From Hyphochytrium catenoides (taxonomy: Eukaryota > Protista > Hyphochytriomycota): DNA of 41,881 nucleotides. How positions within the stretch are numbered: the first letter of the stretch is position 1; each line of letters begins with the position of its first letter. The translations under genes were made by a program, and so were the position numbers. The notes under the pieces were generated by a model that was not told where the DNA came from, made no database searches, and saw nothing but the letters and a program-made list of their open reading frames with translations. Below, in pieces: positions 10,628 through 22,900 of this stretch. Location: NCBI GenBank assembly GCA_900088475.1, contig FLMG01002581.1:1-41881 (forward strand), given 5' to 3'.

Positions 10628-13600
10628 GAAGCTCAGACAGAGACAGATGCCCGGCCAAAGCGCAAAAGAGTCAATGATGATATCGCTTACTATGACACCA
10701 TCAACAACCTCCAGATGCAGGAGAAGCTCCTTAAGCTTTATAAGTATCAAAAGCGCCAGATTGAGCGGCTTCAGCGCGCTCCGGCTCCTGAAAATGAGAC
10801 GCCTCCAGCTCCTATTCAGCCGAATGCTGCCGATCGTCGGAACAAAAAGCGTCGCAGGATCAAGGCGCGCCGGTTGGAGGGAGACGGAAGCTCTACTGAA
10901 ACGGACTATGAGAGCGTCAGCTATGATAACAGTGGAGCTCATGGGCCGGAAGATGAGGGCCCGCGGGTGCTCCCTGCTTGGAAGCCCTTCGTCAGAGATC
11001 ACCCTGGGACGAGAAAGGCTCCTGTCAACATTCTCAACGTACCGTGGGAGAAAGAGCTACTCTTTAGTCGACCAGGTAGTGACGCTGAGCCTTAGGGCAT
11101 GTCCCGTTATATCGATCGCAACTCTATGTCCCATCACATGTCCACCTAGGGCACACAACATGCCTCTCTCATTTTGTCTCGCTACGGAGTCCCCCTGTTC
11201 GCTGCAAGTCTTGCCTCTGTTAGCTCAACGCCTTGTCAGCTGTGCCTCTCACATTCCCTTGACCGTCAAATTTCTGTCAACGTCATTTCTAGAAGGGGGA
11301 GACGCCTTGACGTGGTCAGACAACGTCCGGAAGAAGCTGTAAGATCCTGTATGAGCTCTCTTGTTACTTTTCTGCCTACCCTGATGCTTTGTCCCACAGT
11401 CTAAACCGTCAGGCAGCGACGAGGAAACCCTCAGTTGAGGTATAGTTTCCTATAGTCTATCATCATGTCTCATATTTTTAGGTCCGCTCCTGAGGCTGCA
11501 TCCTTCCCTATTTTGAATCTTCTTGCTTGGTTTGATACCTAATGTCGTCCTCTTGCTGTCAAGTAGAACCTTCGAGCCTTGGTTAATGACGTGCGAAAGC
11601 TGCTGCGTCCAATCCATGCAGATAGAATGAATGTAAGTCCAGCCTGGAGATGCTGGTAGAGGGCTTGATAGTCCTCTTTCTCTTGTCTCTCTGACCTATC
11701 GATTCTGGCACTAGTGGCTCCGCGTCTTCCGAGCCTACGCTCTTATTTTGCCCACGGCCGATCAGTTCGTGCGTATTGTCTTGCAGGTCACTAGCCTCTG
11801 ATCACCTCGCCTGCTGATTCAGTGCCTGAGCCGTGGCAGTCCTCTTCCGTCGCTTGATGTCATGAGAATTTTTAGAGGGTATCTGACTCCGGTATGTGAA
11901 GGCTCTACTCCAGGAAAACAGGAACCAGACCAAAAAGTTACTGCATCTACAAAAGCTTCACCGGGCACGCTCCCGACCAGACAGACTGAAGCGGTTCGAT
12001 ATATCGTCTGTTGCCTATCGTTCAGTCCTTGCCCTCACAGCCTGTGAAGCCAAGTGCTACGCATCGTGCGTAGTTGAGAAGAATTCTGACTCGACAACCG
12101 TGGCAAATGGGGTGAAGACGGATCCAGTAGTGGCAGAGCCATCAAAGTACAAACCTTCTCCTTCCTTAAGGCTGCCGTTTGTTGGAACTATCTCTTGCCC
12201 CTTTGCGAGCTCTTCTTCTTGTTAATGCAGTCATAGCCCATTCTGGGCCATCCTCCAGTGTATACTCCGGCCAGATAATGACTTTTCTCGTCCTTTTATC
12301 CTGCTACAGCGTAGTGCCTCTGCCTTGTATGATACCTCTGCCAAAGTCCACAGCGTGGATTGGCGTTAAGCGGAATTTGCGAACAAAGGACGATGTGAAT
12401 CTAGACTATGATCCATACTTTGAAGACAGATCAGGTCCGTCTCCTTCCTCTATTATTATTCTGGGGTTGCTTGCCTGTTAGAGATAAGGCGGGGTCATGT
12501 GAAGTACACAGGTTCCCAAAGAAGGAGCTAGGGTCATGAAGGGCGGCCGTCTGAAACCGCGTGCTCAAGGTTTAAGAGCTAGACAGAGTTGTACATTGAC
12601 GGACTCAAGAGAAGAGATTGATGAGAAGTAGTATGCCCGGAGCCGATAGACCACATCCTCTGGGTAGCTGAAGTCCTCTGATGATATACTCGCGCTCGGT
12701 TCTGGCGGTGGAATGCAGGGATCGATACTAGCGGTTTCATGTACCTGAAAAAAGAGCGACGTGAGCTTCTTCTAAGACTAAACGACGAGGTCGAGCAAGA
12801 GGCCCTCAAGATAGCAGTGGCGTGTTTTGGAGCGCAGACTGAGGTTGGTGACATAGTTTCCTCCTCTGCATAATCTCTCCCTTGCGCTCTTACAGACGAG
12901 GTGGCTTCCACTCTTCAACTGTAAGCCTCTCTTACCCTTAAGCCTATTTTGTCTCGGTAGGTGTTCCGCGCCTTGTCTACTATTTTCTGGGAAGTGCCGC
13001 CGACGGTGCTTCGGAGCATCCACCAAGAGTGGGTGTCGCTTCAGGGCAAGAGAGAAAGGTCAAACTCTTCTTTGGCTACTCAGCTGCTACGCAGTCCTGT
13101 AGAGGCCTGGGAGGGATTGTTTACTCAAGCAAAGGTCTCACGATCTGAAGCATGCAAGGTGCAAAAGCAAAGCCTCTTAATCAGTCCGCATATCCTTCCT
13201 CTACAGCTTCCGGCTAACTATATGTTGAACGCTGTGCAGAGCCATCTCCAGCTTCTTATCGCTGGTCATAGCAGTAATAAGAGTGCAAGCGAGATTGACA
13301 GATATCTCGCTAAATGGCCGCCAAACGTAGAGATCTTCTCTAATTATTTGGATCATGGTTGTGCTGGCGGAGGAACCAGGTCAGTTCTTCTCGTGAGCAT
13401 AGGGCTACAGCTTTTGCATAGGGTGGGCTGGTTGGTGTGGGCTGTTTTGGACCTACCTCCTTACTTCTGTGTCCTGTTCATGTTTCTTCTCAGCCTGTTC
13501 TGTCGTATTCAGGACCGTCTCATTGCCTTGAGTTTACCCTCGTAGTTCTGTGACTGACCATGAACCCTTGGCCCTTTGCATTTATCTGTAGATCTGGTTC

Positions 13601-16402
13601 CTATCAAGAGATGGTTAGACCGTATCGCTTGCTCTTTTGCCGTCGCTGCTATGTTTATGATTGCGTCAATCATGGGTCTGGACAACCCTTACCATCCCAA
13701 CATGTGGATCCCCTACCCCTGGTACTATAGTTAAGGAGAGAGGATGGACAAGTACGGGAACAGCCAAAGGGAAAGGAGATCATTGATACATAAATGAATA
13801 CAGAGGCTATAGGAGGAAGAGCTATGTTTGGTATATAGTTACCCTCCGCAAAGCGAAGAGAGAAACAGCAGGGTTCCCAAGTAAGGAGTGTGAGGCTGGC
13901 CATGTGAAGGTACACGAAGAAAGAAAGGGGGAGGGGGCTTACAGGGTTATTTGAGGCAAGAGAGGGATGATAGCTCCATGTGTTAGTCAAGAAGAAAGAG
14001 AAGTGGGCTGAGGACTGAGCGAGAATCTCCAGGACACTGTTAGCAACTCATATTGCTTTCCGTTCGGGCATCCATTCGACTTACAGGCCTTCCCCCAAGA
14101 GCTTGAGGTGTCAACCCCAGCTGCTGAAGAGGAGGAAGCTCCTTCCGATATACTTGAAACATGCGCGTCTCTCAAAGCGCCAGACGTTGAATCGGTGGCT
14201 GAATCGGATAGCGATCCCGCTCAGGTCAAGAGGCGAAGCAGCCGCTCTGCTACTGCGGTTGTTACCAGAGCAACAGAGAATGTCGTTCAGATCAAACGCC
14301 CTCAAGTCACACGCAAAGACCCCTTCACGTTTCTACGGAACGCCCAATCAAAGTCTCCAGTGGCTACAGACTGTGGACCGGGTTGCTATAAGAATAATCC
14401 GAAGCCTCTGCTAGACCTTGTGGTGGAAGGCAGCAGGGAGAACAGCCGCAGCCTGCGTTGGCTGGGAAAAGTCCCCAAGGGTCTTCTGTGTAAGCTGAAG
14501 GAGGTACATGGCCCTGACACCTGCATGATGGCTAAGTGCCTGCCTGAGTTCACTTGTGAAGAGCTATCGCTTCTCCTCGAGACCGAAAGGTAGAGTGTGC
14601 CTGCGAATTTATCCTTGCCTGTGCCTTTGTGAGGGTCCCGCCTTCATCTTATGTCACTGGGCGCATTGAAATTAGATGTGCAAGTCGAAGTACCACTCTC
14701 CCTCTTGTTTTTGGCATAACAGTCGCTGCTGTTGTAACCTGACGACTCTATCCTGACCGCTATAGAGTCGCTCTTCAAGAGACAGCTGGAGTAGAGGCTG
14801 CTGCCGGCGATAAAGGCTCTCAGAATGGAGGACAAGCTGTCTCTATCTGCCGCCCTTCTAAGCGGACAATGTATAGGAGAGGAGGCCGGCAAGCTGCTGT
14901 TACGGTCGAATCCATTCCCTGCAGTCACGAGGGTCATTGTTCTTCTGAAAACTGCATTTGTATCCAAAACTCGATCTTCTGCTCCAAGTTTTGTGGCTGT
15001 GCAGGCTCTTCTTGCTCGAACGTACTGCTGGGCTGCCGCTGCGTGGTCGGCATGTGTAATACACTTGTCTGCTCGTGCTTAGCGGGAGGACGCGAGTGCG
15101 ATCCAGAGCTCTGTCATACATGCGGCGCGAGCGAGCTACGAGGCAAGTCCAGAGGACGTGTCTGTGGCGCAGGTGAATGCTGCGAAGGACACACAGAGAC
15201 AGCAAAACGACAAGGCGCGATCGATGAGGCTAATCTGTTGAGTGAGAAGAGATCAACGGCTAACTGGGCAGGAGACAGAAAGGAAGATGGCATTCAGACA
15301 GCAACAGGAGAGAGTCAGTGCAAGAATCTGTACTTTCGGCGGGCTCTCCATAAAAGGATTCTGCTTGGACGCTCCTCCATACACGGCTGGGGTGCATTTC
15401 TTTGTGAACCTGTAGAGAAGAATGAGATGATCTATGAATATCAGGGAGAGGTGATCACAACGGTAGGTCAAGCGCGAAGATCAATGTCTCCTTGTCATGC
15501 ACGATAGTCAGCAGTAACGGCACAGTGGCTTATAGAAGATTGGGATGGGTCAGCGAGTGCCAGGAGGAGGTATAGGCGTGAAAAGCTGGGGAAGAGATGG
15601 GATCACAACGGTAGCTTGAGTCGAATCCATGAACCCCTCCTTTATGGACGATACAGTGGCCGAAGGAGAAGTGACACAGTGGCTTATAGACTTTGCAGAG
15701 AAGGTTAGGGCAAAGAGGGCCAACGAGGAGATTTAGCGTGACAGTAGAAAAAGAGAGCGATGTCCTGTCCGGGTCTCCTTCCCAACCCACCTGGACCTTC
15801 GCCATTTCTCAATGTCTCTGTTTGGTTTGCATGCAGGAAGAGGCTGATCGACGGGGCTTGGCGTATGACCGTATCGACCGCTCATTTTTGTTTGACTTGA
15901 ATGACGAATGCGTGGTGGATGCAGCACGACTGGGGAACAAGATCAAGTTCGCTAATTATGATCGACAACCCAACTGCTCGGCCAAGATTCTTTTAGTCGA
16001 TGGAGATCATAGAATTGGAATCTTTGCAAAGCGAGATATCTTGGCAGGTAAAGAGCTTGGTAGGGGAGAGAGAAACAGAGAAGAGATTTGTCCTTTTAAT
16101 GAGATCCTTTAGGGAGAGTTTGCCTGAAAGAGAGACGAGGAGCATACTTGCTGGGTAGTGAATTGGCCTTCTCTGTGAGCGAAGAAGGGACAATAGCAGT
16201 AAGACCCAGGGTGGAGATGCTTGGATGCCGATCATTCATAATCCATTTTAACCTTCATCTCACGTCTCTGTATCAATCTTTACCATGTCTTACAGGGGAG
16301 GAAATCTCCTTCGACTACGGCTATGCAGAGGAGCGAGCTCCCGTTTGGAGTCGAAACGACTACGTTGATTCGACACTCACACCTTCCATTTCTCCTAAGT
16401 GA
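10628..16402 (+). CDS. E(z): Enhancer of zeste (EZH2/CLF-like) PRC2 histone H3K27 methyltransferase, multi-exon; 5' end uncertain (possibly ATG ~10285)
   Basis: SAL/SRM-like [29 protein letters not shown] (~12330-12430); [20 protein letters not shown] (~13630-13677); CGPGCYKN plus SANT2-like segment (14370-14590); CXC domain [32 protein letters not shown] (14920-15125); [24 protein letters not shown]|[48 protein letters not shown]|[10 protein letters not shown]; stop 16400-16402. Confidence 0.92.
15521..15690. repeat. 16-bp exact direct repeat inside the intron splitting the SET domain
   Basis: cacagtggcttataga at 15521-15536 and 15675-15690. Confidence 0.7.
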
Positions 16403-16999
16403 GACCCTATAAGCCAGGCAAAAGAGAAGCAAACGGCGGAAGGTCCCTCTTCTCTTCACTATCCACACTTTGGCCATTACAGAGAGCGCACTGCTTTACT
16501 AAAAAAATATGAGAAAAGGGAAATGATATTAATAAATGGAAGATTTATACCATCGCCTCCGGTGCGCCGATGAAGATAGTCGCGCTGGCGGGGTACCTGC
16601 CATAGCAGTTCAGGAATGAGACCAAGCGGTGAGCATTACGACGCAGAGAACTTAGAGGGCAAGGTCGACCACTAGACGCTACAAACACTGGTACCGAAGC
16701 CGTTTAGAAGAAGAAGAACTAACAATGAAGCCAGTGAAGATGTTCAGGCCTGTCCGTCAACTCTCAGCTGATTCAAGAGCGCCCGGCTATTAGACTTTCT
16801 CCACCTCTCTCACGATACACACCTTTTATTTCTTGAAAGGGAGGTCATCCGCTTATTAGGATGGACGTGAGGAGATGGTAGCTGGAATGCGGCCGCTCCT
16901 CCCTCCTTAGTGGGCGTCTTGGCAGGCTCAATGATAGGATAAATAGCTGGGATACGGCCACTGTGCTCTCGGCTATCAACAAGCAGAGAAGAACAGAAT

Positions 17000-19900
17000 T
17001 CAAGTTAGCTCTTCAGGTCTCCTTATCGAAAGACTCTGTGTACCAGCACAGAAACAGCAGGTTGGCAGCGAGAGTGCTCTAACTATCCTGTACCTGAGCA
17101 TGGACTCGCTTCCCTGGAGCTCTGGAGCAGTGCTGTTCTTCCTCTTAACGTCGGCTGCCTGTTCTTCTATCGCTTTCCAAGAGTATTCCGAGAGGTCGCA
17201 ACCATCGAAGAGATCATGAATGAAGCGCCGCACAGGCAATCGGTAGCTGGAATGACGGGCAAGCTGATCTCAGATTCCCTAGTTATCCTGACCTATCCCA
17301 ATATCTCCGTTCTGTCACTCCCAGCCTCTTGCCTTCACCGCTGTCCAATGTCTTCCTTCCTCAAGGTATGTCGCTCCCACACTATCGTCGACTAAGAGTT
17401 GTCAATACCCTTGCGAATTCTCTGTTCCTCTTCAAAACCAGATCGCAGACTCTAAGGATCCATACCTGTAGCACTCCAGCAGCCTCTCCACATGCATCCT
17501 GAGCCCTAGCGACTTAAATAGATAAGGCTTCGCAGCCTTGAGTCTGCACAAAGCAGCCGAGAGAATGATGGTTAATGCGTGTCCAGAGAGCGAACCGTAG
17601 ATAGATCTTAGTTAGCATAGTGGAAAGCGCCTCAAGACTGACAAGCGAATATCTACCTTGTGAGTGCGAAGTGAGCCTCCTTCTGATGGATATGATTGCT
17701 CAGCTTCCCAATCTGCAAAAGAACATCTCCCCATTCCTCCTAACGGGCACAGCACCATTTTACAGCTTAGAGATCTATTATGGAGGAATGTTTGCGGCAA
17801 TTAGCATCTTACATGTTCAGGAGGCAATAGAAGCGATGTTGGATAGGATTCCACAGCCTCTGCGGCTGAACCTTGGTAGTCATACTCCGGCAGCTGTTGA
17901 GACAGACAATGGCGGGAGAATGCCAAAATGTAAGTCACTTCTTTCAACTAACTTGATGTCATCTTCTACAGGGACCATGTCAGTGCTCATTGCTTATGTC
18001 GTGCATGCTCTTGGCGACTGATGGCTTGAATGCTCCGTGACTCTCTCTCTCTCTTCTCACACAATCCCTCTACATCTTGCGAGAACTACCTTGAAGAGCT
18101 CCTTGGTGTCTGATGGCATCGAAATCGTTGCCTTGGAATCCTGAGGAGACTCCCAGCCCAGCTGCATCAGCGCTCGTCGACCCGGAACTGAGCGGGATAT
18201 GAGCCCCAAAACGTAGAAGCAAGTCCTACATGGGGTCAGAGAGATAGCCAGCGATAAGTACACACAAAGAAAAGCAATGCGTGTGTATGCAAGTGTTCTT
18301 TCCAGTGACATTGGAAGGTGGCCTCAGGTAATAGTAGAAAAGGGTTAAGGTGAGGATCCAGGCTAGATTATGAAGTCGTGATCTCATAGGCGAAAGTCTG
18401 AGCATGCTTTCAGTCTTACCCTCTCAAAGAAAGAGCTGGGGAATGGCGCACCAGGTTGACCACTGTCTCCACGAAGTTAGATGACGACTTGCGCAGCAGC
18501 TCGAAGCCACGAGGGCTGGCGCCGATATGACCCTGCCGAGAGAAAGCAAGACGCAGTTATGTAAAAAGGACAAGGAGCAGCACGGGATGAGAGTTTATGG
18601 AGGATACAGAGATCAATCATGAGAAGGACACGCCTAGGGTGGTACGACGTTCAGGAGGCTCATTATCTCAGATCAGTACACGGAAGTTGGAGAGAGAATG
18701 AAGAGACATCCAATCTGAACTTGACCTACCAGAGCCCAAAGAGCCGCTCTTCTTTCTATTGGCACACTTGAAGGGTCCTCGACAGTATGTACAAAGTGTG
18801 GCACATGGTTGCTCTGACGTAGAAGCCGGCACCCAGCCTCTGTCTTCGCCAGTTCACCATACAAATGGGGAGGAAGAGGCACACGAGGGGAACTAGAAGG
18901 CGGCCATTAGGGAAACTGGAAGAGGGCGTCACGGTCAATCGAAGAGCGAGAACAAATAAAGAGCCAGAACTGGTGTATCATCGCAACCCTTCAGAAAAAG
19001 AATAGTAGAAAGATGAATGAATCCGACGTTTAAGTTAATGGACTGTAAGGAGCTCCTGGACCTAGTTCATCCCCATACCGTTTGGGCAAAAGCTCCAGCG
19101 TAAACTCGACAGATTTTAGCCAGACGGTTGGCTTCAGGGGCGAAAGACAAGCATTTCTTAGTTCTGGGAGCGGAGGTTCGATAGCAGCACACCTCTCGTC
19201 AATACAGCTAGATACCCTTAGCTTACCTCGACGGCTCCAAAACCCTCCTCAACCTCGAAAGTCCAAAGCGCCCTTTCACCTGGGGCACAAATCGTGCATT
19301 CTGGAGCCTTTAATGGGCCCTTAGCACGTTGCTCTGGCCTTCATGACAAGAGTGAAAGGCATGGCCTTAGCTCCATCTCTTCAAGAGTTTCTCTCTCTCT
19401 CTATGGCCATACGTAGATCTATCCCAGCTCACATTCCGCCCTCAAAGTTACTTGTTGTCTAACATGCACCAATTTGAACTGATTTCCACCTCTTAAGTCT
19501 CTAAGATTACAAGCACCACGCAGTACGATTGGGAACGGAATCTCTTGCTGTTGTAAACCCATAGCTTAAATCGCAGCCAACATCAATCTCCAGCATCCCT
19601 TGGTGATGCGCACACCTCTCCCGAATACCTGCAGTAACTCCAGTCTTTGTGCTCTTCTGCCTCGATTCCCTGCAATAGCGACAGATCGGATATCGCCGTT
19701 GACATGCTAGAGGTAATGCTATCCCCATCTCCTATCTGCTTCATTGAGAAATCATGCGATCGTGCATGCTGACGAGTGGCCCTCGCGGACTGCAGGGTAG
19801 TATCGTGGTGAGTCGTGGAAGTGTGAGACGGTAAGGACGAAGGAGACTGGTTGGAGACTATCAAAAGAGAGAAGACTCTAGAATATGCGACTCCGGATAG

Positions 19901-22900
19901 AAGCCACTGCCAGGACTTCTACCTTACCTCATAATTGCTGTTGGCAGAGTAGATAAAGTCTCCATTTCCTCGACAGGGAGGTCTTGTCTCTCCCTTCCTA
20001 TCGACAGGACACTTGCCAAGATAGAGACAGGCTTGCAAAATGTGGCTTGCCTGTATCTGAACTGGCTTGGGGTGACCCCGAGCATCTACCACCACCCCTA
20101 AGTAAAACAAGATTTTTATGAATGATAAGATCGAATGGATGTGCGAAGCAGATAGATCTTCTGTTGAGGGTAAGGGAGATGATAGGTAAGGAAACTCTAT
20201 GATTTAGACAGACTTAAACTCTACACTTAGCGGAAGGAGATAGAACGTCTTCGGGATGATTATCCTGGCCCCCTATTTTGCCAAATATCTTACCTTTCAG
20301 TCTGATTCCGTTCGCATCGGTAAGGCTGTCATCCCCATCATAGTTATCGGCCATCACTAAAGAGGCGTCTACGAATGTGTCTAGCGTACAAATGGCAGTG
20401 GTTAGAGGCACAATCCATCATAATGGGCGTAGAGCTCCCTCAAGGATTGGTAACTAAAGTACAAGAAAGCTTTTGCGAGTATACTTATGCAGAGAGTATT
20501 TTGGGACAACAGGGAGAGAAGCTCCTTGCGAATTAAGGCCAGAACACACGAACCGAGACTAAGGTTAGAAGGCGGTCCGCTCCCAGGCGGCCCCACTATC
20601 TTCACTTCCATGTTCCAAGGTAGACGGAACAGCCACTCCAAACTCCAATGAGCATCGGATGATTCCGCAGAGAGAGAAGCTCGAGGGACATACACTGCAA
20701 TGCACCGGAAAAAGAGCAGTACAAATCACGGTTAGAAGGCCGCACCTTCTATGTGATGGGTGAGTTGGAACAGTGGGGCAGAGTCAAGGTGGAATGACGA
20801 GCATAAGAAGAGTAGATACGAGGGCCAAAGAATAGACTCCAGCTCTGACGACCATAACCACGCAAAGGCTGATGAGGCACCTGGAATAGGTACTGGCCCT
20901 TTTTGGCCAAAACTCTCATTGGTTGGTTTCCTCGGGTCTCGGTTGAGCCCATTAACTAGGGCACGCTGTTGGTTCGACAATATAAGCGTTTCCGCAAAAC
21001 GGTCTTCTGCATTTGTATCAGCAACCCTATGGGCTTACTATACCCCTACAGTCGGCCCTTCAACCTACTACTGGACTGAGAGATTTGCCACATACCCTGT
21101 CCCTTTACTTCTTTTCACCTTCTCAGAGCACTTACCTCTACTTTATGTACGTATGCGATGTACTGGAAGTTGTGCCACTCTTGAAGTGCTTTAGACACCC
21201 ACTCCATGTCCATCAGGAATGCGAGACCTAAGCAAACAATCCCCGAATATCAGCCCGGTCGGTTGATAAGTTACCCAAAAAGAAGATGGCGTCTCATTGA
21301 TCTAGTCTGTAAACATACCTTCTGGGAGAGATAAAAATTTAAGTCTAAGATTGTTGGCAGCCGGAGTATCAAGCTGCAAGAGCTTCTGCGGCCTTTTGAG
21401 GATGGTCGCTAGGAGGTATTGAGGGTTCTGTGCTGCTTCCTCTAGAACACTCAGCGCTGCCAATGCCACCTGGAAGCAGTGCAAACAAACACAGAATAGA
21501 CTAAAACTTTGGGTGATGCACGCAGCATGGGCCCTCTAACTGAGGAACGCACATTGATGAGAACCAAGAACCCAAGTAAAATTGCCCGGGAACATGATGG
21601 AGCTCTGTACCACCCAACATATCCGGTAAATGGGCACAGTCGCAGAAACCTCATGAACTGCTAGAAGACACAGGTGAAGCCGTACCTCGTCCTCCTGATA
21701 GAGCTGCGTAACTAGAGTTTCCACTCCCCAATCCTTAAAGTCTGCCACATCCGCCCGCAAAAGAGCCCGAAGAAGGCATGTGGCATACAATCGGAGGGAT
21801 TTGGATCCGGATGTCATCCACATTTGAAGCAGATCTCTGATATAATCAGAGCGAGATCCAACAAATAGATCGGTTTAGTGAGACTAAGAGCGACATATTG
21901 AGCAGAGTGATTGACAGCACACTTAGGCCAAAGAAGCAGAAGACGTTGATAAAGAAGGTTGGTAAAGGGTAAGATCTGAGTGAAGACGTAGTCGCAGAAT
22001 TCGAGCCAATAAATAATTCTCTTCTGACCTTGAAGGCCCGTGAACCGTATAATCAAGGTTGGTCAATATCAGTCGCCTCAAAAAATCATGGCCCGGCATG
22101 TTCCCCATTGCGTAAAGGCGGGTAAAAAGGTTGCTCTCTTGCAGTAGATTCAACCCTGCTTCGCTCGAGCTCATCAGTCCTAAGAGTGTGAAGTACTCAC
22201 GAACCTATAGCATTATGCCCGCGAAACGGGGAACGGCAAAGCCGAGAAGCTATGGTCAGGGCCACGGACGAAACCTCAAATCCATCTAAGAATGTGAGAT
22301 AAACGTATAACACGAAGCTGAGAGATCTACGCTCAGTGATGGACAGCGGAGAGCACCATTGTCGCCGTGTGTGATGAGGACTATCTGCGTCTCATAACGC
22401 AACATGGGAGTACATTACCATTTGCCGTGAACAGCTCTCTGGTGAGAACATACGCTGCTGGAGAACCCCTACATAAGATGTTTAGACATGCTCTACCAGT
22501 ATAACATGGTGATATGCTCCAGCGGTCGAGAACATAGGTAGCTGCTGCGCGTAACGAAAACAAGATTACGGATAGTACCGGCAAACAGAGATGCGAAGGA
22601 AGTACCGACCCATAGACCCAGTTGGAATCAAGGCGCTCTAACTTACCTAAGTGACTCTCGACAATTTCGGCGTCAGGGCGGGCCTCAATCTCTAGAGCTT
22701 TCGCAATCTCACTTAGGAGTTTTCCTCTCCTGTCAGTCTTCAGAAAGCGGTCCCCTAGAGAGAAGGTCATGGTAAGTGCAGTGCGCCAAACGGTAGAGAA
22801 GAAGATAAAGTCATGACAGAGATGTAACGCCTCCTCAGTGTATGTCTGCTTGATAAGCTCAAATAGGTGAGATATTATTGAGATAGAGCCGGCTGTAATC

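Noticed and set aside
10548-11342. 264-aa plus-strand ORF
   Set aside because: Non-ATG start; runs through apparent introns in an alternative frame over the more protein-like exon beginning at 10628.
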